A DNA stretch of 64,000 nt, from positions 352,001 through 416,000 of the forward strand of contig CBDFGR010000002.1 of assembly GCA_965247115.1 (NCBI GenBank). Reading direction: 5' to 3'. Every line of letters starts with the position of its first letter. The stretch's first letter is position 1. This DNA is from Myxococcota bacterium. GTDB taxonomy: Bacteria > Myxococcota_A > UBA9160 > SZUA-336. The translations under genes and the position numbers were made by a program. The notes beneath the pieces are model-generated. The model was not told the DNA's origin, made no database searches, and worked only from the letters and a program-made list of their open reading frames with translations. Below are positions 19,003 through 27,743 of the stretch, piece after piece.

Positions 19003-19658
19003 GGCGTGTCCTCTACCCAGTAGGCTCCTCCGTCCGCGAACTCCTTTTTCCAGATAGGCACGGACTCCTTCAACGTGTCGATCGCGAAGCGACACGCCTC
19101 GAATGCCTCCGCCCGGTGCGGTGCGGCCGCAGCGATCATGACCGCGGCGTCGCCGATCTCGAGTCGACCGACTCGATGGCTGAGCGCGAGGCGCACGTCT
19201 GGCCAGCGCTCGCGAACCTGCGCGAGGATCTTCTCGAGCTCCTTCTCGGCCATGGGTCCGTACGCTTCGTACTCGAGGTGGTCGATCCCCTGGTCGCGAG
19301 CCCGATTGCGAACGACGCCGTTGAAGGTCACGACCCCCCCGCAGTCCGGACCGAGCACGCGCTCGAGCAGTGTATCCATCGAGAGGGGCGTCGACTGCAG
19401 AAGCCGCAGCTTCGCACCTCCGCTCACAGGTGGGAGCAACGCGACCTCGTCCCCGTCGGACAACAGCGTCCCGAGCGGCGCTCGCTCGGCGTTCACGGAG
19501 ATCACCAGGCGGCCGCGGTAGCGCACGAGGGGCACGTGCGCCTCCTCGAGCTGCCCCACCAGCTCGCCGAGCGAGCTGCCCTCCGACAGCTCAACGTCGA
19601 GCTCCTTCTGCCCGACCATCTCGCGCAGCCCGGCAAACAACAGCACCCGCAGCTTCAT
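18999..19658 (-). CDS. Fused molybdopterin synthase MoaD-MoaE (MoaX-like)
   Basis: Ubiquitin-like MoaD ending LLPPVSGG read through into MoaE (G.VTF.G.VR, LEYEAY, HRVG.L, LK..VPIWKKE). Confidence 0.93.
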   Translation of the reverse strand: MKLRVLLFAGLREMVGQKELDVELSEGSSLGELVGQLEEAHVPLVRYRGRLVISVNAERAPLGTLLSDGDEVALLPPVSGGAKLRLLQSTPLSMDTLLERVLGPDCGGVVTFNGVVRNRARDQGIDHLEYEAYGPMAEKELEKILAQVRERWPDVRLALSHRVGRLEIGDAAVMIAAAAPHRAEAFEACRFAIDTLKESVPIWKKEFADGGAYWVEDTP

Positions 19659-19673
19659 CCCCCGAACCTACCA

Positions 19674-19735
19674 CTTGTGGGACCCGGCCGCGGGCGTCCG
19701 CGGGGCGGGTCCCACAAGACCCGGTCCCACAAGAC
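19674..19735. repeat. Short palindromic element, internally deleted relative of the 53694-53920 element
   Basis: CTTGTGGGACCCGGCCGCGGGCGTCCGCGG is identical to the left end of the 53.7-kb element and is followed by GGGTCCCACAAGAC plus an extra GGTCCCACAAGAC. Confidence 0.85.
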
Positions 19736-19738
19736 CTG

Positions 19739-20218
19739 CTAGGGGCTGACTTCGGCGTCCTTGCCGTTGGCCTTCTTGTTGGCTTCCGGCTGGGGCCTGG
19801 GAAGCTCGACGTCGCTCTGCTTGGAGACCGCAGCCTCCTCGCCGTCCATCTTTATCTGTCCGTTGAAGAAAGCGCCGTCCTCGATCAGAAGTCGGGCCGT
19901 ATCGATGTTCCCGCTCACCCGAGCGCTCCGGTGCAGCGTCACCTGGCCTGGGGCGCTGATGTCGCCGCGCACCTCGCCGGAGATGATGACGACCTGCGAC
20001 TGGATCGTCGCCTGCACCCGACCGCTCTCTCCCACGATCAGAGTATTCTCGCTGGCGATCTCGCCATCGAAGCGACCATCGATGCGCACCGTGTCCTTGA
20101 ACGACAGTTTTCCGGAGAACTCCGACCCCTGATCGATGAAGGCAGTGAGCGCGCCGACTCCTCCCGTGACAGGTGGCTCGGTCGCGCGATTGGCCTTACG
20201 CAAGTCGTTGAATGCCAT
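19739..20218 (-). CDS. Bactofilin (polymer-forming cytoskeletal protein, CcmA-like)
   Basis: FIDQGSEFSGKLSF...RIDGRFDGEI....LIVGESG.V...I...G.V.G.I...L.IEDGAFFNG. Confidence 0.92.
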   Translation of the reverse strand: MAFNDLRKANRATEPPVTGGVGALTAFIDQGSEFSGKLSFKDTVRIDGRFDGEIASENTLIVGESGRVQATIQSQVVIISGEVRGDISAPGQVTLHRSARVSGNIDTARLLIEDGAFFNGQIKMDGEEAAVSKQSDVELPRPQPEANKKANGKDAEVSP

Positions 20219-20360
20219 TGCTCTCCTCGTATGTCTTCCGCTGGCTTAGTGGGGAAACTGCACCTGAGCTGCGTATCGGCGAAGCAGCCTGTCGACTTGA
20301 GCGCTCGCTCCTTGTGCGCTCGCTCCCCGTCCGGCGTGACGGCTGATATTCTTCCGACCG

Positions 20361-21314
20361 ATGGCCGCCGGCAGTACAGAGGCCGCGCGAAGAGAGCTCC
20401 GGCTCTCGCGAGCACGGGACAAGGTCCACGGAGCCTATCTCTTCGAGGGCGGCCCAGACACGCGTGCCCGCGAGCTCGCGATCTGGTTCGCGCGGCTCTT
20501 GCTGTGCCGGGCAGACGAGGAGGACCCCTGCGCGACCTGTCACGACTGTCGCCTTGCGCTCGCGTCGGTGGCCGAGAACGCAGACCGCCCGGCCCACCCC
20601 GATCTGCACTGGGTCGAGCCGGAGGGTGCGTACGTCAAAGTTGGCCAGGTGCGTGCCCTGCAGCGCAACCTCAGCCTCGTTGCGAACGAGGGCGGTCGGC
20701 GCATCGGCCTGATCGTTGGAGCGGAGAAGCTCACCGATGAGGCCTCGAACGGCCTCTTGAAGACGCTCGAAGAGCCTCCGCGCGGCACGACGCTGCTCCT
20801 CGTGACCGACCGCGCGCAGGCGCTGCTGCCGACACTGCGTTCTCGCACCACGCACATGCGTGTTGCTCGGACGCCCGAGAACGAGCTCAGGGAGGCGCTC
20901 ATCGCCGAGGGCTTCGATCAGGACGACGCCTGGCTCGCGAGCGCACTGGGAGGAGGCAGCCTGATCGGGGCTCGGAGCTGGGCGGACGAGCACCTCGACC
21001 GAGCCCGGGAGATGCACGAGCTCCTCGCCGCCCTGGCGAGTCGTGGCGCGAGCGAGATCCTCGACTTTGCCGAGTCGTTCCGCGGAGGCGAAGCCGCCCG
21101 TCAGCGAGCCGAGCTGCTGCTCGACGTCACGGGCGCGTTCGCACGCCGCCAGGTCGCAGCAAGCTCGGAGGGCAACGACCCGAGCGGAGTCGGCCGCTGG
21201 CTCACCCACTACGAGTCCGCAACCCAGTCCCGCCTGGAGCTACGCAAACGCAACCTGAACCCCCAGCTCCTGGTCGAAGGCCTCCTCCTAACCCTCCGCG
21301 CCACCCTCTCCTAA
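20361..21314 (+). CDS. holB: DNA polymerase III subunit delta'
   Basis: HGAYLF, zinc motif C...PCATCHDC, HPDLHW, ASNGLLKTLEEPP, LLPTLRSR; upstream of metG-tatD. Confidence 0.9.
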   Translation: MAAGSTEAARRELRLSRARDKVHGAYLFEGGPDTRARELAIWFARLLLCRADEEDPCATCHDCRLALASVAENADRPAHPDLHWVEPEGAYVKVGQVRALQRNLSLVANEGGRRIGLIVGAEKLTDEASNGLLKTLEEPPRGTTLLLVTDRAQALLPTLRSRTTHMRVARTPENELREALIAEGFDQDDAWLASALGGGSLIGARSWADEHLDRAREMHELLAALASRGASEILDFAESFRGGEAARQRAELLLDVTGAFARRQVAASSEGNDPSGVGRWLTHYESATQSRLELRKRNLNPQLLVEGLLLTLRATLS

Positions 21315-21411
21315 CCCCACCCTAACCCCAACAAAGTCGGACGCAGAAACGTCCCCACCGACCCAGCGCTTCGCGAACCCAACCGATCCGATCGAGCCGA
21401 GTCGGCGAGGA

Positions 21412-21522
21412 GTCGGAGGGCGGGAACGTCCCCCGCAGGATCGTGTAGCGGTGTTCGAGGGCTCTCGGCTGCAGGCTCAGCTGAGTAGCGAGATCCTGCG
21501 GGGGACGTTCCCGCTCTCCGAC
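21412..21522. repeat. 31-bp inverted repeat with a 49-nt spacer in the holB-metG intergenic region
   Basis: GTCGGAGGGCGGGAACGTCCCCCGCAGGATC (21412-21442) versus GATCCTGCGGGGGACGTTCCCGCTCTCCGAC (21492-21522): one mismatch, G-U compatible on the + strand. Confidence 0.85.
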
Positions 21523-21605
21523 GTCCCCCCGCCCACACATTCCGTCCGAGTACCGAACCACCCCAGTCCTGACTCCACCAAGCGTTCCGCTACATTCCCC
21601 CCGCG

Positions 21606-23129
21606 ATGTCCACACCCTTCTACGTCACGACCCCCATCTACTATCCAAACGGCGTCCCGCACATCGGGAGCACGTACACGACGATCTGCGCCGAGACGTT
21701 CATGCGCTACCACAGGGCGACGGGTGAGGAGACGCTGCTGCTGACCGGCATGGACGAGTACGGAGAGAAGATCTCCGAGGTCGCGCGCGAAGGAGGTATC
21801 GAGCCCAGGGAGCACGTGGATCGGATGGCTGCGCGCTACCGTGCTACCTGGGACGAGCTCGGCATCCAGTACGGCCGCTTCATCCGAACGACAGACGAGG
21901 ACCATCACGAGAGCGTCGCACACTTCTGGCAGACGATATACGACCGCGGCGAGATCGAGTTCCGGGAGTACACCGGTCTCTACTGCGTGGGCTGCGAGCG
22001 CTACCTGACGGAACGCGACCTGGAGGGCGGGAAGTGCACGCAGCACCAGACCGCGCCAGAGCCCCGCAGCGAGTCCAACTACTTCTTCAAGATGTCGGCT
22101 CACTTCGACTGGTGGATCTCTCAGCTCGAGAGCAACCCGCAGCTCGTGTCGTCCGATCGCTACCGCAACGAGGTGCTCTCGCTGCTCAAGAGCGGCGCGC
22201 TCGAGGACCTATGCATCTCGCGCCCGCGCGAGCGCCTGACCTGGGGCATCCCCGTTCCCTGGGACGACGACTACGTGACCTACGTCTGGACCGACGCCCT
22301 CGTGAACTACCTGACCGGCGCCGGCTACCCGGACGCTCCAGGCTGGGAGAAACGCTGGTCGGGAGTCCATCACGTGATCGGCAAAGACATCTTGAAGCCG
22401 CACGCCATCTTCTGGCCGACCATGCTCCATGCCGCCGGTGTTCCGACCTACCAGGGCCTGCACGTGCACGGCTACTGGAACATGGACAACGTGAAGATCT
22501 CCAAAACGCTTGGCAATATGGTCGACCCGCTGATCATGAAGGAGAAGTACGGCTTCGAGGCATTCCGCTACTACCTGCTGCGCGAGATGTCCTTCGGCCT
22601 GGACACGGACTTCTCCGAGGAGGGGCTGATCCGGCGGGTGAACGCCGACCTGGCGAACGACCTCGGGAACCTGCTGAACCGCTCCGTCGCCATGCTCGGA
22701 AGGTACTTCGAGGGGATCGTGCCGGCCCACGACGGAGAGAGCCGCTTGCGCGCGGAGGCGGAGCGCGTGGCATCCGAGGTGGATCGGCACTTGCGTGCCT
22801 TCAGCACGCAGCGCGCTCTCGCGTCGCTCTGGGAGCTCGTCTCAGCGGCCAACAAGTACATCGACGCCGAGGCGCCGTGGCAGCTCGCGAAGGACACGGA
22901 GAAGAGGGATCGGCTCGCCACCGTAATGACCGAGGTGCTCGAATGTGTGCGCGTGATCGCCGTGCTGCTCGAGTCCTTCCTGCCGGAGACGAGTGGCAAG
23001 ATTCTCCAGAGCCTCGGCGACCCGCCGAACGCTGGCAGTCTGGACGAGCGATTGCGCTGGGGTCAGCTCGCGCCCGCCACCGAGACGGAAAAGATCGACG
23101 CCCTCTTCCCGCGGATCGAGGCTTCTTGA
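21606..23129 (+). CDS. metG: Methionyl-tRNA synthetase (short form, no C-terminal tRNA-binding domain)
   Basis: FYVTTPIYYPNG.PHIGS, CVGCE..CTQH knuckle, DLCISR, WGIPVP, YVWTDALVNY, GKDILK.H, KISKT, LANDLGNL. Confidence 0.97.
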   Translation: MSTPFYVTTPIYYPNGVPHIGSTYTTICAETFMRYHRATGEETLLLTGMDEYGEKISEVAREGGIEPREHVDRMAARYRATWDELGIQYGRFIRTTDEDHHESVAHFWQTIYDRGEIEFREYTGLYCVGCERYLTERDLEGGKCTQHQTAPEPRSESNYFFKMSAHFDWWISQLESNPQLVSSDRYRNEVLSLLKSGALEDLCISRPRERLTWGIPVPWDDDYVTYVWTDALVNYLTGAGYPDAPGWEKRWSGVHHVIGKDILKPHAIFWPTMLHAAGVPTYQGLHVHGYWNMDNVKISKTLGNMVDPLIMKEKYGFEAFRYYLLREMSFGLDTDFSEEGLIRRVNADLANDLGNLLNRSVAMLGRYFEGIVPAHDGESRLRAEAERVASEVDRHLRAFSTQRALASLWELVSAANKYIDAEAPWQLAKDTEKRDRLATVMTEVLECVRVIAVLLESFLPETSGKILQSLGDPPNAGSLDERLRWGQLAPATETEKIDALFPRIEAS

Positions 23130-23929
23130 GACTCGTCGACAGTCACGCGCACATCGGGGCGCCCGAGCTGCTCCCCGAGGCTCCCGACCTCGTGCAAAAA
23201 GCACGGCAAGCCGGGGTCGAGGGCATCATCGCGATCGGAGCGGGCTACGGGGTCGGGAACAACGCGGGAGCTGTCGCGCTTGCGTGCGAGCAGCGAGGTG
23301 TCTGGGCGACGGCCGGCGTTCATCCGCACGATGCCTCGCAGTGGAACGCGCTCGCCCTGCAGGCCCTGGACGGTTGGGCGGCGCACGAACGCGTCGTGGC
23401 TATTGGCGAGTGTGGTCTCGACTACTGGTACGAGCACTCGCCGCGCGAGGTGCAACGGGAGTGCCTGCGCGGGCAGATCGCGCTCGCGCGACGCACCGGC
23501 TTGCCGTTGGTCATCCACGTGCGACCCACTCGCGATTCGCGCGACGCCTTCGAGGAGCTGCTCGAGATCTTCGACGAGGAGGGCGCGGATCGGGCGGGGG
23601 GTGTGATTCACTGCTTTACGGGAGATCTCCCCTTCGCGCACGATTGCCTGGCACGCGGCTTCGACATTTCCTTCTCGGGCATCCTCACCTTCAAGGGCGC
23701 AGAGGAGCTGCGCGAGGTCGGCGCGGCCCTGCCGCTGGAGCGGCTCCTGATAGAGACCGACAGCCCGCTGCTGGCCCCGGTACCTCACCGTGGGAGCCGG
23801 AACGAGCCAGCCTTCGTGGCCGAGGTGGCCGGGTGCCTGGCAGAGCTGCACGACCGCAGCGCCGAGGAGATCGGCGAGCGAACGGCCGAGCGGGCCTATC
23901 ACGCCTTCCGCATCCAGGCCGAGCGCTAG
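23126..23929 (+). CDS. tatD: TatD family DNase/hydrolase
   Basis: TTG overlapping the metG stop; VDSHAH, GVHPH, AIGECGLDY, LVIH, IHCFTG, LIETDSP.LAPVPHRG.RNEP. The ORF-track extension to 22034 is spurious. Confidence 0.93.
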   Translation: MRLVDSHAHIGAPELLPEAPDLVQKARQAGVEGIIAIGAGYGVGNNAGAVALACEQRGVWATAGVHPHDASQWNALALQALDGWAAHERVVAIGECGLDYWYEHSPREVQRECLRGQIALARRTGLPLVIHVRPTRDSRDAFEELLEIFDEEGADRAGGVIHCFTGDLPFAHDCLARGFDISFSGILTFKGAEELREVGAALPLERLLIETDSPLLAPVPHRGSRNEPAFVAEVAGCLAELHDRSAEEIGERTAERAYHAFRIQAER

Positions 23930-24058
23930 CTGGCCCCAGCCAGGAAGCTGTCACCCGATGGACACGACGAGCCCAGCTCACTCGCGAAGCAGAAGCCGGT
24001 AGGCTCGCGTCATGGCGGCGAGCACGACACGCGTGTGAGTTTCCCCTGGCCCGCCGGG

Positions 24059-25417
24059 TTACTCCTCCTCGGCCGGCGCGACGAAGCGGTTCTGGAAGGC
24101 CTCTAGCCCGAGCGGGAAGTCTTCGCCGAGCGAGCTCGCGACCTGCCAGATCTGCTCGCTCTGCGACGAGCGAGCGCTCAAGCTCTCCCCCAGGATGTCG
24201 CCGAGCTCGAGCCAGCCGAGCAGCTCTGCTTCCTCAGCAAAGGCCGAGACGCGCAGGCTCGGCGGATCCAGACCAAAGTCCGCCGTCAAGGCGTCGGGCC
24301 GCTCGATCCCCGTCGCGTCGAGCAAGCGGATCGCGTAAAGCAGATCCTCGAGGGTGAACGGCGCGAGCTCGGGCGCACCCCCCTCTGGAACCCACTCGCT
24401 CTCGCTCCGTGCGTAGCTGCTGCCCGCATCTGCCCTGGGGAAGCGAAGCTCGATGCGTGTGACCTCTGCCTGGTCGAGCTCGAAGACCCGCTTGTACCGA
24501 AACTCGAAGAACGTGCGCGGAATCCCGGAGAGCAGCCTCTCGGGCACCGCGTACAGGACGTCGGCCGCGTCGACACGCACGTAGCCCGTGCCCTCGGAGC
24601 TGCCGAGCTCGAAGCCGGTCGTTGCCCCGCTCTCGCGGACCAGCGAGACCTGAAGCTCGGGGAGGGCGAGCCCATAGCGCGAGAGCTCCTGGGGAGCGTC
24701 GATGAACTCCGATGCACGGGCCAGCACGAGATCCTCGACCAGGCGCTCGATCCCGCGCGAGTCGGCGGGTTCCTCGGTCGGGGCGACCAGGTTCCAGCCG
24801 TCCTCCGTGCGCACTGCGGTCACGATCAGACTCCCACGGACGCGCAGCTGTAGCTCAGCGACCTCGTCCGCGGCGAGCGCGGTCAGACGCTTGTCGCGCA
24901 ATCGAAACAGAGACGAGGACAGCGGCTCGAGCTCTACCCGCTCGGCCGTGTGCACGCGGGACTCCTCGCCAGCGACGGCGAAGTAGCGCGCCTCGCCGAT
25001 CGGCGTGTCCTCACCGAGGTAGAGCTCGAGCGTCGCGTCGGAGGTACGGGCAGATACCACCACGCGCTCCTCTTCCGAGAGGCCGAACACGGTCGGGTCT
25101 TCCGCGTGCTCCTCGATCGTGAGCCCCGCCTCGAGCGTCTCCAGAGCCTCCAGGGCGCGCTCGACGGCCCCCGCGTCTGCGCGAAACTCGAGCGGAGTCT
25201 CGAGCCGCCACTCCTCGGCGCGCACCAGCCTGGCGCGTCCACCGCCCTCCAGCGGCAGCTCGAGCTCGGTGATGTCTTCACTCGCGACGTCGAATACTCG
25301 CCGCGCCGCCTGCTCTGCCAGCTCGCGCTCCGCCGGAGCGCGGATCTCTCGCAGCCAGACGAAGAGCCCCAGACCCAGCGCGAAGGCGGCGAGCAGGAAC
25401 GTCCCGCGCAGGCGCAT
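24059..25417 (-). CDS. DUF4340 domain membrane-anchored protein
   Basis: N-terminal TM anchor, three repeated W.L..P...AD / YGL..P units; last gene of a gldAFG-like operon. Confidence 0.78.
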   Translation of the reverse strand: MRLRGTFLLAAFALGLGLFVWLREIRAPAERELAEQAARRVFDVASEDITELELPLEGGGRARLVRAEEWRLETPLEFRADAGAVERALEALETLEAGLTIEEHAEDPTVFGLSEEERVVVSARTSDATLELYLGEDTPIGEARYFAVAGEESRVHTAERVELEPLSSSLFRLRDKRLTALAADEVAELQLRVRGSLIVTAVRTEDGWNLVAPTEEPADSRGIERLVEDLVLARASEFIDAPQELSRYGLALPELQVSLVRESGATTGFELGSSEGTGYVRVDAADVLYAVPERLLSGIPRTFFEFRYKRVFELDQAEVTRIELRFPRADAGSSYARSESEWVPEGGAPELAPFTLEDLLYAIRLLDATGIERPDALTADFGLDPPSLRVSAFAEEAELLGWLELGDILGESLSARSSQSEQIWQVASSLGEDFPLGLEAFQNRFVAPAEEE

Positions 25418-25431
25418 CTAGAGCGACCGGA

Positions 25432-26955
25432 TCACGTGCGGCGGCGCCACCAGCCCAGAATGCCGGCCAGCAGGATCGCTTCGGGAAGCAGGAACAGCGA
25501 CGCGAAGCGGAAGTTGGCGAAGGCCTCGAGCGTCATGGCGACGTTGGATGCGCGCGGCAGCTTGCGGTCGATCGTGATGAAGCTCTCCTCCCCGACGAGC
25601 CAGTTTATGGCGTTGAGGAAGAAGTCCGCGTTGAAGAACTCCGCGATGTAGCGGTTGCGTGCAAAGTCCGCATCTCCGATGACGACGAGCCGGCCCTCTC
25701 GGCCCTCGTCCTCCGTGTCGAAGGTGCGGGCCACAGCCAGGGCGATCGGACCCGAGCGGTCCACACTGTCATCGAGCTGCACCTCGCGTCGATCGACGAA
25801 AGCATCGAGATCGGTCTCGGCCCAGCTGGTTGCGCCTGTCGTGGCCAGCTCGACGATGCCGTTCGAGGCGTCGACCGAGCGGACCGAGCGTGCCAGGGTG
25901 AAGATCGTCGGCTCGTTCCCGAGCTCGTCCGTGATCGGGTGCGAGCCGTAGCTGGTCACGACCGGCTGGACTCCTAGCTGTGGCCCCGCGAAGAGCTGAA
26001 GCTGCTCTTCGACGACGATGTCGTTCCCCAGCTCTACGCCCCAGCTGCTGAGCGTCTGCTCGAGGTTGCTATGCACGAGGGGATCAGCCAGGACGAGGAG
26101 CCGGCCTCCACCCCGGAGATACGTGTCTAGCATGCTGAGCTCGCGCTCGAAGAGGGAGTGGGTTGGACCCCCGATGACGACGGCATCCGCATCGGTGGGC
26201 ACCTCTGGCTCGTTCGCGAGCAGGACCTCGAGCCCCTCGATGTTCTCGTCCTCCAGGCTCGCACGAACGCGCGAGAAGCCCTCGACCTCCTCATCGAAAG
26301 GCCCGGCCTCGCCATGTCCCGTGACAAAGTAGACCCTCTTCTTGCTCGAGATGGCGCCACGGATGGCCCGTGTGATCTGCTCTTCGGAGACCTCATCGAT
26401 ACGGACCGTTCCGGTCGCGGTCTCGCACGGCCCGAGGCATACGATCACCACACCGTCGGACCGGATCTCGAAACGAGCGGCGAGATCCGGGCGCCGGTTC
26501 GGATCGAAGAAGTGCAGCGATATGCGCTCGCTCGCGTAGACGTACTGGTCGAGCTGCGGCTTTGCGGCCCCCTCCCCTCCGCTCGTGAAGAAGGCGTAGA
26601 TCGTCATGCCGCTCTCTGGGATCTGCTCCAGCACCGTCCGCGTACCGTCGGTGAGGGTGTGCACCTGCGCCTCGGTCACATCCCAATGCACGGGGTGGCG
26701 CACAGACAGGAACGCGAGCAGGCCCGCGATGGCGCACAGGAGGACGGTCTGGATGATGACGTTCAGCCCTCCACGCCGCGGCTCGCTGCCGAGGATCTCG
26801 GGCAGCGCGGACCAGCTCCGCAGCGCAGCCAGGCCGAGCAGTAGGGCTCCCCCGCCAATGTGCAGATAGACGACCGGCGCCGAGGCAGCGACGAAGAACC
26901 CGAACAGCCCGAAGATCAGCACTACGCTGCCGATGCTCGCGAGTAAGGCGCCCAC
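25432..26955 (-). CDS. GldG-like ABC-type uncharacterised transport auxiliary component
   Basis: WDVT....HTL...T, VYF.TGHGE, GGRLLVLADP, RLVVIGDADF..N, N.DFFLNAINWL, C-terminal TM and WWRRR. Confidence 0.85.
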   Translation of the reverse strand: MGALLASIGSVVLIFGLFGFFVAASAPVVYLHIGGGALLLGLAALRSWSALPEILGSEPRRGGLNVIIQTVLLCAIAGLLAFLSVRHPVHWDVTEAQVHTLTDGTRTVLEQIPESGMTIYAFFTSGGEGAAKPQLDQYVYASERISLHFFDPNRRPDLAARFEIRSDGVVIVCLGPCETATGTVRIDEVSEEQITRAIRGAISSKKRVYFVTGHGEAGPFDEEVEGFSRVRASLEDENIEGLEVLLANEPEVPTDADAVVIGGPTHSLFERELSMLDTYLRGGGRLLVLADPLVHSNLEQTLSSWGVELGNDIVVEEQLQLFAGPQLGVQPVVTSYGSHPITDELGNEPTIFTLARSVRSVDASNGIVELATTGATSWAETDLDAFVDRREVQLDDSVDRSGPIALAVARTFDTEDEGREGRLVVIGDADFARNRYIAEFFNADFFLNAINWLVGEESFITIDRKLPRASNVAMTLEAFANFRFASLFLLPEAILLAGILGWWRRRT

Positions 26956-26966
26956 GCCCCTGGTCC

Positions 26967-27743
26967 TTAGCGCCAGCGCAGCGAGTCGATCGCCGCGCGT
27001 CCGAGCGAGAGAAAGATCACGATCATCGCCCCGAAGTAGGCCAGATCCTCGGAGCGGAGCTCACCCCGCAGCCCCTGCTCGTAGTGCGAGGACGTGCCGA
27101 GGTAGCGCAAGAGCGCGCTCACGGCCTCGTTCTCCGCGCCCTCCGCTGCCGCGGGGAGCACGAGCAGCACCAGACCCGCCACGATGCCCACGGAGCCGGC
27201 GATGATCTGGTTGCGTGTCAACGCGGACACGAAGCAGCCCAGCGCCGCGAGTCCCGCGCCGTAGCAGAAGAGCGCGAGCAACCCGACGAGCGTCTGCCAC
27301 GGCTCCGGGTTCCCGTACAGGAAAAGCAGCCCCGGATAGATCGCCGTCAACGACACGAGCAGCGCGACGATCACGAGTACCGCCAGGTACTTGCCGACCA
27401 CGATCTCCCAGACGCTCACCGGACTCGTAAGGATTAGCTCGATCGTCCCCGTCGACCGCTCCTCCGAGAACGCACGCATGGTGAGCAACGGAATGAGCAC
27501 CAGAAAGACGATCGCGAACGTGAAGAAGGCGGGTGCGATGACGACGTCGTTGAGGTTCCACTGCTCCAGGAGATGCAGCATGCCGAGCGCCTGGATCTGC
27601 TGTACCTGCGTGAGGAACAGGCCGAGGCTCGCAAAGAAGATGAAGCCGGCAAAGACCACATAAACGGCGAGAATGACGAAGGCCACTGGCGTGGCAAAGA
27701 CCGAGCGCAGCTCGCGACCAGCGATGGCAGGGACGTGCCTCAC
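26967..27743 (-). CDS. ABC-2 type permease (GldF-like)
   Basis: REL...F.TP.AF, P.LTMR.FSEE...GT.EL.LT.P, V.GKYLA, S.LT.NQI.A. Confidence 0.88.
   Translation of the reverse strand: MRHVPAIAGRELRSVFATPVAFVILAVYVVFAGFIFFASLGLFLTQVQQIQALGMLHLLEQWNLNDVVIAPAFFTFAIVFLVLIPLLTMRAFSEERSTGTIELILTSPVSVWEIVVGKYLAVLVIVALLVSLTAIYPGLLFLYGNPEPWQTLVGLLALFCYGAGLAALGCFVSALTRNQIIAGSVGIVAGLVLLVLPAAAEGAENEAVSALLRYLGTSSHYEQGLRGELRSEDLAYFGAMIVIFLSLGRAAIDSLRWR

Noticed and set aside
21315..21605. T-box or SAM riboswitch upstream of metG
   Set aside because: No T-box antiterminator consensus or SAM-I core recognised; only the inverted repeat is supported.
22034..23125. 631-aa ORF suggesting a long N-terminal fusion to TatD
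   Set aside because: The extension overlaps metG in another frame and is low-complexity Arg/Ala/Pro. TatD begins at TTG 23126.
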